From contig CM119266.1 of the NCBI GenBank assembly GCA_051294375.1, positions 12,948,081 through 13,012,080 on the forward strand: a DNA stretch of 64,000 nucleotides, given 5' to 3'. Position 1 is the stretch's first letter. Each line of letters starts with the position of its first letter. The notes beneath the pieces were generated by a model, which saw only the letters and a program-made list of their open reading frames with translations, was not told where the DNA came from and made no database searches. This document shows positions 13,356 through 24,781 of this stretch, piece after piece. Made by a program: the position numbers and the translations under genes. This DNA comes from Paraspadella gotoi. Lineage: Eukaryota > Animalia > Chaetognatha.

Positions 13356-16140
13356 CGTTTCGAGATGAAGGTTTGAAGAGGCGCGGAGGCGCGCATCCGG
13401 GTGCGAGTCCCAACGCGCGTCCGCCTCGAGATGGTGGACGACGAAGGAAGGGCGGGAAGAAAGAAGCGGAGAGAGGGTAGGAAAGGGAGGGTAAGTTGTG
13501 ATGGTAGAAGGGTAAGGAGAAGTAAGAGAAGTGGGGGTTAATATTGAGTGCGACGGGGTAAGGGAAGTGGTCCAACCAGGTAAGTTCGAGACGTACGAAA
13601 CGACGGTGAAGTTTCTCGAGTAAGGAAGTTGAGTAAATCCTGACGCCGGAACAGTGTACGAGAGCGACGCCGCAGTTCCGAAAAGCGCCGCCGGTTCCAA
13701 CGCCGTTTCAGCCACGGATTCTACCGCGCGAGAAGCTGTTACCAACCCGCCATTCTCTTGGCTGACGTCGTTACCGGAAATGGTTACCGTAGCCGCGTCG
13801 TCGCCGTCGTCGTCGTCGCCAGGAAACGAACGATTAGCGGAGAGACGGTTGGACGCCGTAGACAATGTGTCAAGCGATGGGCGCTGTGCCAAATACATTG
13901 CCTCTTCGCGAGTTGATGGGAAAAAGAGATTATCTGTTTCGATACCGGATGTGGCGGTTGGTATTTCAACAGTGTTCGATGTGAGCTCAGGGTCTGTGGA
14001 CGATGTCGTCGGTAATGTATTTCCCAAAACGGTATTTGTGTTTGTGGACGAAAAATTAGAAATGATCAAACGATTGTCATTGGTGGTGAGGTCGTCTCTG
14101 TCCACTGTTTTTGGCTCAACGCATTCGGAGGCAATTGATGATACGACGCCATCTTCGCCACCCGACGATGTCGCTACCACCATTTCCTTAACACAACTCA
14201 CTCCTTTTCGTTCGCTCGAATCGACCGACAAATTCGTCGCGACGATGACCCGGGATTTTGGAGAAGCCGCGCGGACGGAAGGGTAACTGGGATCAGTCTC
14301 TCCGTAGGCGCGATGTCGTGGTACGAATGGAACGAAAGGCGGGTCACGTGACCTCGGCGGGGATCGTGGATGACGGGATTTAGATTTAGATTCTAAACGA
14401 CGTTCCGCTGCTACGGTGGTCGGTATGGAAGACGCCGAATGTTTCTCGACGGAAGCGTCGAAACTCGGAATATCTGATGACGTGGGATTTCTTTTTTTTG
14501 AATACATTACTTCCCTTGAATCTGTAGAACGGTGTGAGTTTAATATGGGTATCGTAATTACACAATCGCTCCTTGACTGCTCGGAAAGCTTGGATTCTCT
14601 TGTCGGTAAAATTGGATCATTCCCTAACAGTTCTTTCTTCAATTCTATCGAGGAATCAGTCGTAACGGCCAATCGACTTTCTTCAACGACCGCCTCCAGT
14701 TCGACCGACTCGTGATTCGACGGGCCGTTCGAATTCATATCTTGAGAGGCCACGCCGGCGCCTTCCATCCCTCCGAAGGTCAAAGGTCGTCGCAGTACAA
14801 AGGATTCATCGGAGCATGGGGAATCGGAGGAAAAAGATTCTCGCGGATCTGACTCGTAGTCGGCGAATCCGTCGGTGGTTCGAGCGGAGAGAGTCGAGTT
14901 CGACCCGATGGAGGAAATCTCGGATTTGGCCGACGAAAAATCAGATTCGCTCGAAAACAAATTCGATTCGATCATCAAAATATCCGATTCTGCCGACGAA
15001 AAATCCGTTTCGGAAAGAAACAGGCTCGATTCTACCGAAGAGATAAAAGACTTGGCCGACAAAAAATCCGAATCCGACAACGACCACTCGGATTCGGCCG
15101 ACACGAAATCTGATTCAGCCGACCAAAAGCTCGATCTGGTCAAGGACAACTCGGATTCGGCTGACAATAATTCGGATTTGGTCGACCAAAAATCCGAAAG
15201 GTCCGAACAAAAGTCCGAGAGGAGGGAGAGAAGCATGGAACGCTCCGTCGACGGATCGGGATGAGAGACGACGATTTGGTCCAACGACGGGGCGACTTCG
15301 GACGAGCCACTTGAGGGCATGAGTGCTGAAGAAGAAGGAAACGACAACGACGACAACGACGACGCGTGCGACCCCTTGATTAGCATTTCGTCTACGAAAT
15401 CGACTTCATCGCAATTCCCAGTTGACGTTTCGAAAGAGTCGAAGCAGAAGGGAGGAGCGGAGGCCGAGGAGCGAGAGGCATGAATGGAGGAAGAGAAAAG
15501 AGGAGCAGAGGAGGATGAGAAAGAAAGAGGAGCAAAAGAAGTGGAAGAGGAGGAAATTGGGGAAAGAAAACGGGGATCGTAAAAACGACGGGAGGCGATC
15601 GTAACGTTGATCGGCAACGAGAATTCGGGAGAGAGGAAGGTGGAGTGGAATTGGGAGGAGGAGGAGGAGGAGGAGGAGGAGGAGGAGGAGAATGGGTTGG
15701 GAAGAGGGCAAGAGGGAGGAAAGGGGCCGAGAAGGGGAGAGCGGAAAGATGGAGGGCAGGAGGAAGGAGAGGAAGTCAGAGAAGCAAGGAAGGGAAGAAG
15801 GGGAGAACCATTTTTAGATGGAGGAAGAGAATGAGAGTGAGCCACGCCCCTGATCCGTCGAGAGATGGAAGGAGAGACGGGCGGAGAAAGGGAGGGAGAC
15901 AGAGATGGAGACAGAGACAACAGCAAAGAGCGAGACAGAGAGGATAAGAACGAAGCGGAGAGGACCGACGTAGAATCTCTCTCCGACGCTCCTCTCTCGG
16001 TCGACAGAGGGCGCAGAGTCTTCGAATACGTCGCCGTCGTCGTTTGACGCGATTCCGAAGGGCGCGCGGTGGGCGTGGCGGCTTCGCGCGGTGATGGAGG
16101 AAGCCAAGGCGGCGTCGGCGGCGTCGCCCGTGACGGCGGG
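13356..16140 (-). CDS. giant low-complexity Ser/Thr/Pro-rich (mucin-like or disordered) exon of an unidentified protein
   Basis: The frame of ORF 13212..15926 stays open upstream to the gap at 16141 (PPSRATPPTPPWL...), about 970 codons without a stop. It has a poly-Ser run, several N-x-S/T sequons and a heptad repeat. The last ~46 codons of the listed ORF lie beyond the duplication junction. Confidence 0.8.
14900..15210 (-). repeat. 21 bp coding tandem repeat (SAESDF[S/L/V] heptads, ~14 units)
   Basis: SAESDFV SAESEWS LSDSDFL SAKSFIS SVESSLF LSETDFS SAESDIL MIESNLF SSESDFS SAKSEIS. Confidence 0.85.
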
Positions 16141-16469
16141 NNNNNNNNNNNNNNNNNNNNNNNNNGGAGCCGGGGACGTCATGAGCCAAGACCAGAGAAG
16201 ACGAGTTGAGTAAATGTTCTCCCCTTTTTTTTCCCTCTCACACTCCTTTTCTTCGCCAAGTTTTTATCTTGCGTTGAATTTTCTTTTTACTGGAGTTTTT
16301 TGCTCTAAACCGCTTTTTTTACTGTTGTTTTGCAGCCCCTGGGCCGTTATTTTTTTTTCTTCAAGTCCGTAACGCCTTATTGTTCTTTTCTTCGTTTTTC
16401 ACCCAGCAAGTTAATATTTCTTCCACGGTTTTTTTTTTTCCTTTTCATTCTCCAAAAAAAAAACAAAAG

Positions 16470-16710
16470 TGGAGGACGCGGTCCGCTCCTTCCTCCTCCC
16501 CTCCCGCCGCCTCTTTCCCATTCAACCACCCGCTACTACCCGCTTTCACCCCGCCCTGTCGCCCATCACTCCCGCCCACGATTCACCCTCTATCCGATCC
16601 TCGCTTCTCCCTCCTTCGCCTCCACCCCCGCCTCCTCCAACCCCTAACCCTTCCCCCGATGGAACACCCGCCTTCTCTTCTTTCGACACACACCGCCTCC
16701 ACCGCTTCCT
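16470..16710 (+). CDS. 5' part of the giant exon, placed in inverted orientation
   Basis: Reverse complement of copy 1 region ~8395-8658; acceptor caaaag|TGGAGG; reads EDAVRSFLLPSRRLFPIQPPATT...PPPPPPPTPNPSPDG. Confidence 0.65.
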
Positions 16711-16868
16711 AGAAAAGAACAATAGTTACGACTGAAGAAAAAAAAAACGCCCAGGCTGCAAAAAACAGTAAAAGCGTTAGAGCAAAACAGTAAAAGAAAA
16801 TCAACGCCAGAGATAAAAACTTGGCGAAGAAAGAGAGTGAGAGGGAAAAAAAAAGGGGAGAACATTAC

Positions 16869-16991
16869 TCTAACTCTCTCTCTGTCTTGGCTCATGACTC
16901 CCTGCTCTCACTCTCTCTCTATTTCTCTCCCTCTCTATCGCTCGTTTTATGGAGTGTGCGTCTAGAACTCTCGGCTCTGGCGCTACGAAAT
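16869..16991 (-). CDS. candidate internal exon (FVAPEPRVLDAHSIKRAIERERNRER...)
   Basis: Acceptor gtctcag| and donor-like gtaatg; the 3' end of the frame needs an indel correction. Confidence 0.3.
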
Positions 16992-18183
16992 CTGAGACTT
17001 GGGAGTGAGGGCACGCTTATTTTGGGATAATAAAATAAAAGTTTGATTAAGAAACTATTGAATTTAAACGACAAGATAAGATAAGAATTTGTATTTTCGA
17101 AATTTTTATATTTTTATCATTGATAGATGATTGTGAATCTTTCTATTTATAATAACAATTTGATTTAAAAATCATAATTTTAATCTGAAGCCGAGTGGCG
17201 TCGGGAGCGGATTTTCGCCTCCTAATTTAAATCCCCTTTAATTGGCTTCTCTTCCGGCAGAAAAGCAGACGGACTTTTTATTGGCTTTTATCGCTCCATT
17301 TCCTCTTTCTCTTCCTCACACAACTCTTGGTTTCCCTCTTTNNNNNNNNNNNNNNNNNNNNNNNNNNNNNNNNNNNNNNNNNNNNNNNNNNNNNNNNNNN
17401 NNNNNNNNNNNNNNNNNNNNNNNNNNNNNNNNNNNNNNNNNNNNNNNNNNNNNNNNNNNNNNNNNNNNNNNNNNNNNNNNNNNNNNNNNNNNNNNNNNNN
17501 NNNNNNNNNNNNNNNNNNNNNNNNNNNNNNNNNNNNNNNNNNNNNNNNNNNNNNNNNNNNNNNNNNNNNNNNNNNNNNNNNNNNNNNNNNNNNNNNNNNN
17601 NNNNNNNNNNNNNNNNNNNNNNNNNNNNNNNNNNNNNNNNNNNNNNNNNNNNNNNNNNNNNNNNNNNNNNNNNNNNNNNNNNNNNNNNNNNNNNNNNNNN
17701 NNNNNNNNNNNNNNNNNNNNNNNNNNNNNNNNNNNNNNNNNNNNNNNNNNNNNNNNNNNNNNNNNNNNNNNNNNNNNNNNNNNNNNNNNNNNNNNNNNNN
17801 NNNNNNNNNNNNNNTTACCCCCACCCTCCTCCTCTTCCTCTTCATCCCATTTCCTCCTCTTCCTCCTCTCCCTACCCCTCCCTGCCCTCCTCCTCTTCCC
17901 GAAGGCCACTACTCGACCGTAGTATCTCCCATCGTTCGGGATAAATTGTTGATCTTTCGAGAGTCGGGCTAATGTCGTAGTGATAAAGATGGATCGTGAT
18001 ACACACNNNNNNNNNNNNNNNNNNNNNNNNNNNNNNNNNNNNNNNNNNNNNNNNNNNNNNNNNNNNNNNNNNNNNNNNNNNNNNNNNNNNNNNNNNNNNN
18101 NNNNNNNNNNNNNNNNNNNNNNNNNNNNNNNNNNNNNAATCTTCGTTCCCCTTCCGCACATTGGTTTGGCGGATGAACCTTCT

Positions 18184-18220
<37 letters not shown>

Positions 18221-18229
18221 CGTACTTAC

Positions 18230-18292
18230 TGGCGTTAAGTTTCTGGGGCTGAGCGAAGTGACTCCTGAAAGCCGACTCATGTCGAGTACGCC
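18230..18292 (-). CDS. 63 nt internal exon (copy 2)
   Basis: AG acceptor at 18293-18294 and GTAAGT donor at 18224-18229; frame-preserving length. Confidence 0.6.
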
Positions 18293-19171
18293 CTAATTTT
18301 TGTTTTGTTTTTGTTTTTATAGTTAAAAGACAAAAAAAGAAGAAATGGTATTAATTAGTTTTACCAAGTACACGCTAAAAACCGTTTTAAGCCGAGCGCG
18401 GGATAACGATCGAAAAATAAACAGCATTAGCGTAAAAAAAAAAAGAGAGTAAAAAAAGCTAACCAGACACGCATGCTGGCGATCCGAGTTGGAAAAACCT
18501 TGAAATTAGAAATTTAAAACAAATTGAGGGAAGAAAAAAAAATACTTGAGGTTGAATCTTGAAATCGACTTCATGCGAAACCGAATGAAAAACTAAATGG
18601 AGCGACAGATTAAAAAAAAGTAAGAAATCCACAGATTTTTTTCCCCTCTTTTAAAAAAAAAATCTCTCAAGAATTTTAAGCTAAAAAAATAAAAAAAAGG
18701 AAAAAANNNNNNNNNNNNNNNNNNNNNNNNNNNNNNNNNNNNNNNNNNNNNNNNNNNNNNNNNNNNNNNNNNNNNNNNNNNNNNNNNNNNNNNNNNNNNN
18801 NNNNNNNNNNNNNNNNNNNNNNNNNNNNNNNNNNNNNNNNNNNNNNNNNNNNNNNNNNNNNNNNNNNNNNNNNNNNNNNNNNNNNNNNNNNNNNNNNNNN
18901 NNNNNNNNNNNNATATGAGAATATTTGAAAAATAGGAAAAAAGAATTTTTTCCCGCGATTTTCTCTCCATCCATTATCCGTCCGTCGACCGCGATGACTT
19001 TATCCATTATTTATCCATCTCGAAAAGTCAGGGTCGCGCGTGAGTCTCGACCCCGAACTTACCCGGTTTTATCCATTATTTTGGGGAAGGGGTGAGGTGT
19101 CTCTTCATAAAAAGGTTAGTCAGTCCATTGGTAAGTCCCAAAAATACCTGATCCATAAATAGCTTATTTAC

Positions 19172-19251
19172 TTAATCCATCAAATATCATAATCAATCAA
19201 AAAAGGGATAGTTGGATTAGTAAAAAGTAAGTGAAGCTGTCGCCGCACCAT
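19172..19251 (-). CDS. candidate first coding exon with signal-peptide-like sequence
   Basis: ATG GTG CGG CGA CAG CTT CAC TTA (MVRRQLHL) followed by Leu/Ile/Phe-rich codons if homopolymer indels are corrected; donor gtaaat; copy 1 at 11276-11359. Confidence 0.3.
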
Positions 19252-19411
19252 TGGATTCCAGATTAATGATTAATCCTTTTTTTTTCTTTTTCTTTTTAAC
19301 CAAGCTCAATCCATGTATATCTTTTTATGGTTTTCCCGTCATTCTGTATAGCGGAACATTTTCTCTCGGGCTAAAATAGTCTCGACTCTCTCTCTCTCTA
19401 GTGTCTCTCTC

Positions 19412-19484
<73 letters not shown>

Positions 19485-20627
19485 TCCCAAAGACGGACTG
19501 GCCTCCCCTTAGGAAATTGACCCGGGGGTTTATCGTTTAAAAGTCGCGCGGGTGCGCAGTGGAAGTTGGGACGAGGGGGAGGAGCGAGCGGTAATGAGGG
19601 CCGCGTTCGTCAAAAAGTGGACCGTGCGGGGAAAGCGGAAGTAAATCATGTCCCTTCCCAGAAGGCCGAGGTTTTTTCTTTCGCCTCAATTTGACCGACC
19701 GACGTTGGACGTCAAAACTCGAAAAAAAGAAATGGCATCCGTTCGAGCAAAGTCGTTGGCGCGGCGCCACCAGGACTCAACGTCGGCGACGTCGTCCGAG
19801 CTTTTATTCGTCGTCTATCGTTTGTCATTAGTACTATTCCTATTTCGTTGACACAAGAATTGTCGAGTCATCGTCGCCATAGTCGTCGTTATCCGTGGGT
19901 GCGGAAGCTTCACAAATCAGTCACGCACTCGTCACATTACTTGCGTCACGATACACGATCGCGTCAGAGAATATATTTTTTTGACCTTGACCGCATTTTG
20001 TTCAACTGGTAAGTAGGAGAAGAAGAAAGTGAGGGTTGACTCTAGTCAGATTAGCTGAGATAGGGGCCAGATTATTACTGAGATTTGGGGCCTTCGTTTG
20101 GACTGAGTTTTAGCGAACAGATTTGCCTGTCTGGATATTAGAGCCAGGTTTTGGGCTTAGATTGGGCCTGGTTTTTTTCGTTGGCTGGGGGGTCAGAGGC
20201 TCGCTTGGTTGCAGACTTTTGTTTTGACGGCAGTAAGTTCGTAATATTTCTAAAGAATGAAAGAAAGAGTGATTGGAGGGAAAACACGAATACGTTGAGG
20301 TAGGGAAAAGAGATGAGAGAGAGAGAGACGAGAGAGAGAGATGAGCATGAGGAGAGAGAAATAGAGAGAGAGGAGAGAAAATGAGAGAGAGGAGAGGAAG
20401 AGATGAAGAGAGATAGAGAGAGAGAAGGACGGGGGAGGGAGCGTGAGAAGGAGAGAGATGACGAGCCTTAATAGATATGATGACAAAACTCACCATAAAT
20501 TTAGGCCTCAGAATTACGCTGTGGGCAAAATTTAATAGACAATTATTATATTAGACTCTGGGTCTTTTTTGGAAGGAGATAAGTTTTAAGAGAGCGAGAG
20601 ACGAGGAAATGAGAGTGAGAGAAGATA

Positions 20628-20688
<61 letters not shown>

Positions 20689-21091
20689 CGTGAGAACAAG
20701 AGATGCTGTCGGCTGCCAAAGCCTCTTATTTCTTCCTCGCCCTGATTGTAAACTTTTCTCATTCATCTTCCTTGTTTGGTTAAGACCTCTTCCTGCTCTC
20801 TCTCTCTACTCTCTCTCTCTCTCTCTCTTCTCTCTTCCTCTCTCTTCTCTCTCTCTCTCTCTTTTTCTCTCTCCTCTCTCATACCCCTTTCCTCATTTCT
20901 AGAGCTTCTTCGTTTCTTCTTGCTGCTTTAATTTTATTTCTTCGCAATTCTCTTTTCATTCTTCGGCGCGTCTTTTGTCTTTTTTCAACTCATCATTTCT
21001 TCTGAGTCGATCGAAAGAGGCGCACAGGCAAGAGATCAGTTTGTGTTTTTTATAATCACATCACTGCGCTGGCTGAGAGGGCAAAGTGATC

Positions 21092-21334
21092 TGACGTCAA
21101 AAAAATAAGATTTCCATGTCTGGGATCGCATATCAAGAAAAACCAAACGCTTTTTTATATGTGCCTCCTCCTGGGACGCTCAGGAAGAAACCGACTTTGG
21201 CGTCTCGCATGGCAACGCTTCTCACTTAGCGATTGGTTTCTTGTCAACGAAGCTGTCGTTTTCGGCTCTTACGTATACATCGACTCGGATACAACACAGC
21301 AAAATATCGTCGAATCAAGTTTGCCATAGCGAAC
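21092..21334. promoter_or_regulatory. candidate promoter: CRE, two RFX X-box-like palindromes and an inverted CCAAT
   Basis: TGACGTCA 21092; GTCTCGCATGGCAAC 21202 (GTCGCCCATGGCAAC at 13233 in the other copy); ATTGG ~21232; GTTTGCCATAGCGAAC 21319. Each X-box is 1-2 insertions away from the 14-mer consensus. Confidence 0.45.
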
Positions 21335-21688
21335 GCTTGGTCGCCCGGTTCTTCGCGAAAGCGGCGGTGTTAGAAAAGACCTTCGTTAAATAGTAGAGAG
21401 AAAAACTTTCTCTCTCTGTTTCTCGTAGAGCAAATACTGCATGATCCTTTAAAACGTTTATTATTAATCATTACGAACCGCTTATTATCGCCTTCTTATT
21501 TCTCCATTTACTTTTTCTTTTTTTTCTTTCTTTCTCTAAATTGGTTTCTCGTCGAAGTTTTCTCTTCTTCTCCAGTAGTGTTTTTTTTTCTCTCTCGAAA
21601 ATCGATACGATCCATTTCAGGCTCTCTGCGTTGCCCGTTAAAACCGCCACTTCATTCTCTCTCTCTCTCTTCTCTCTCTCTCTCTTCT

Positions 21689-21747
<59 letters not shown>

Positions 21748-23174
21748 TCTCCTTGGCGTCTCTCTCTTTTTTATCTCATTATTGCCTTTTTTCCTCATTT
21801 CCATCTTCTACCTCTCAATCTTCCTCCCCTCCCACCGCTTCCACCCCTCTCCTGTTGCGCCCTTCCTCCCTCCACCCCCTCCATCTGCCCCCTTCCCCTT
21901 GCACCCCTCTCCTTCTACCCCCCTCCCCCCATCTCCTCATTCAACGGCGTTCTGTTTTGATCCCTCTTTTACAATATTCTTAGAAGTCGACGACGCGATA
22001 GAGAGTCCGCACGTCCGCCGTTTATGCTTCTCTCTCCTTCTCTCTTTTCTTTTCTTATTCCTTTCTTTTTATTCTTACTTCTTCTTTTCCATTTTTTTCA
22101 TAAAGGCAGAATGTGATATTGATATTTTCATAATTCATATGTACATAATTTAATTCCTTTCTCCAGGTGGCACGTTTAGGTTTTAAATTATGTAATTTGG
22201 TAAAATACATATGTTGTGGTCTGGAAATAAGCAAATTACAAAAAAACAAAGCAAACAAACGGAAAAGAGTGGACTTTCCAATTTGTTTTATAGAGCGATA
22301 GGTTGACGTCAACGAGGCATCGTTCGACGGCATGCCTTTGGATTAGCAAGAATCCGAGTCATGTTTCTCGTTAATTGAAACAAAAAGTCACGGCGAAGAC
22401 GACGACGGACGGACGACGACGGACGAAAAACATTCAACTCAACAGCGACGAGACGCGTTCGCCGACGATTCACATACTGCATACTTCGTCATAATTGACG
22501 TTCTCAGAACGACGCTGCCCGGTTAACATCCGGTAAGGATCCTTCTTCCCCTCTTAAACTTTCTACAGGCATCCCGGGTGTCTACGAACGCCATCAGGAC
22601 GCCCCTTTAAATCGGATGTTGACGTCAGTCGGCGGCTGGGAGGTTCGTTCAAAAAAAAAAAGTTGACGCGATGAGGAGAAGATATATTCTCGTAACCGCG
22701 TACCATCGTTCTCTCTCAATCTCTCTTCTCCTCTCTCCTCTCTCTCTCTTCTCTCTCTCTCTCTCTCTCTTTCTCTCTTCTCTCTCCTCTCTTCTCTCTC
22801 TCTCTCTCTCTCACTTTTTCGATCCATCGTCACCGTATCTCTTTCTTTCCTGTCTTTCTTCCGTTGAGTCCCTCTCTGTCTCTCACTCACTTCTTCTCTT
22901 TTCTCTTTCATCGCGCCTAATTTCTATTCACAGGAGAATACCCCTCAAAGTTCATAGAAGAAGAAAAAAGGAGAGAAGAAAAAGAAAAAAAAAGTTTCTT
23001 TTCTTTTCCTCCTTTTTTCCCTCCTTCCTCCTTTTTTTTTATCCTTTTTTCCATTTTCTTTTTTTTCTTTCTGATCAATTTTTTTTCTCTCCGACTTTTT
23101 TCTTTCCAGTTTTATCTCATTTTCTTATTCGACATCTTGACTCGGCGGAGGTCAGCGAGCGAAAGAGAAGCCAG

Positions 23175-23181
23175 AGTTCGA

Positions 23182-23219
<38 letters not shown>
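23175..23219. repeat. (CGT)n microsatellite
   Basis: About 15 perfect units. Confidence 0.95.
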
Positions 23220-23221
<2 letters not shown>

Positions 23222-23307
23222 TCCGTCATCGTATCCGAAGCCAAAACCATAAAAAAGTCGCAAGACATTGAACCACCAAAAAAGACGGCGAAATAAAACA
23301 AAGACGG

Positions 23308-23424
<117 letters not shown>

Positions 23425-23704
23425 CAGACAGAGAGAGAGAGACACGACCATGCATCTTCTCTTTCCTGCTTCGTCTCTCACAAATCGTCATCCCCCATCT
23501 CCCTACAACCGACGTCAGCGATAAACGCACCACAGACAGACCGACCGACCGACCAATCGGCCGCCATCTTCTCCTCTATCCGCTGGCACCACCCCCGTGC
23601 CATATTTGCCATCAACCGATCGTAAAGAAGCCGGCTGGCGTTTTCGATGGCATCAATAGCCGCCTCGAACGGCGCACGATCGAGGATCGACGGCGTCGCA
23701 GGGT

Positions 23705-24200
23705 TCAATGTGGTCAATGTTATTATTGGGAACTGTGGTCAATGTGGTCAATTTTATTACTGGAAACTGTGGTCAATGTGGTCTATGTGATCAATGTGAT
23801 TATTGCAAACTGTGGTCAATGTTATTATTGAGAACTGTGGTCAAAGTGATCAATGTTATTATTGGCAATTGTGGTCAATGTGGTCAATGTTATTATTGGG
23901 AACTGTGGTCAAAGTGGTCAATGTTATTATTGGGAACTGTGGTTAATGTGGTCAATGTTATTATTTGAAACTGTGGTTAATGTAGTCAATGTGGTCAATG
24001 TTACTATTGGGAACGGTGGTCAATGTGGTCAATGTTATTATTGGAAACTATGAACAATGTGGTCAATGTTATTATTGGGATCTGTGGTCAATGTAGTCAA
24101 TGTGGTCAATGGTATTATTGGAAACTGTGGTCAATGTTATTATTGGGAACTGTGGTTAATGTGGTGAATGTTATTATTGGGAACCGTGGTCAATGTAGTT
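23705..24200. repeat. minisatellite: (TGTGGTCAA)1-3 + TGTTATTATTGGGAAC, units of 25/34/43 bp, ~14 copies
   Basis: Directly visible tandem units with a variable number of 9-mer subunits. Confidence 0.92.
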
Positions 24201-24781
24201 AGACTATTTATTTGTATAACGTCTGGACAAAAGAGATTTTCACTTCGGTTCCCTTGTTTCTCTTCGCGGACAGAAGGGAACGGCAACGTGTGATCTCACA
24301 AAGGCTGACAAAGGGAGAGAGACAGTCACAATGAAAGAAGCTTTAGAAACATTCACGCCCTTTTCCCAGTTACGACTGCTCTAAACAGGAAATGGCGCTC
24401 GTAGCAGGAAAGGTTCGATCCTTCACTTACCCAGAAACCCGTTGGAAAGAAACTCACCATCTCTGTCCCCCCTTAAAAAAAACTGCCAACTAACTTAGAC
24501 GTCTGCTGGATTTGACGCGATAACGCAAGCCGAAAGAGGAAGGAGACCTCGAGTCTATGAAAAATAGTTTTATTCATCCACGCGTCGATGCATCTCCGTA
24601 AAAATTTTTTTTTTTCCGATTGTGAGATTGATATTATTAATAATTATTATTAGTTAATAGCTTTTTAAAAAGTCTTCAAAAATTGTCACCATGATTTTAA
24701 AAATAAATTGGAAATTAAACGACGCATCATTTGAATTTCCCGTTCCAAATTTTTCGATATTGGGCTCGATTTTTATGGTCC

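Larger units (their letters stand above)
13349..21320. repeat. copy 2 of ~8 kb direct duplication
   Basis: Ends at gaatcaagtt (21320), matching gaatccagtt at the end of copy 1. It has N gaps where copy 1 has low-complexity sequence. Confidence 0.9.

Noticed and set aside
13654-16047. Plus-strand ORFs 13654..14286, 14416..14715, 14875..15264, 15607..15834 and 15865..16047 as an antisense gene
   Set aside because: All lie in the single frame that is codon-aligned to the long minus ORF and are broken by stops, so they are shadow ORFs.
15814-16182. Transmembrane-like segment LRFVLILSVSLFAVVSVSISV in a minus ORF
   Set aside because: It is an alternative frame of CT-rich DNA; the continuous long frame is a different one.
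17890-18005. Neuropeptide-precursor-like reading ...NDGRYYGRVVAFGKRR (amidation plus dibasic site)
   Set aside because: It depends on indels that differ between the two copies, and another frame links better to the Glu-rich repeat; not supportable without polished sequence.
5323-21320. Gene plus true pseudogene tandem pair
   Set aside because: Differences are dominated by 1-nt insertions in coding and non-coding DNA alike, typical of long-read error; not formally excluded without read data.
23705-24200. CRISPR array or Cys-rich (CGQCGQCYYW) metallothionein-like ORF
   Set aside because: No unique spacers, no cas genes and a eukaryotic context; unit lengths are not multiples of 3, so the peptide cycles through frames.
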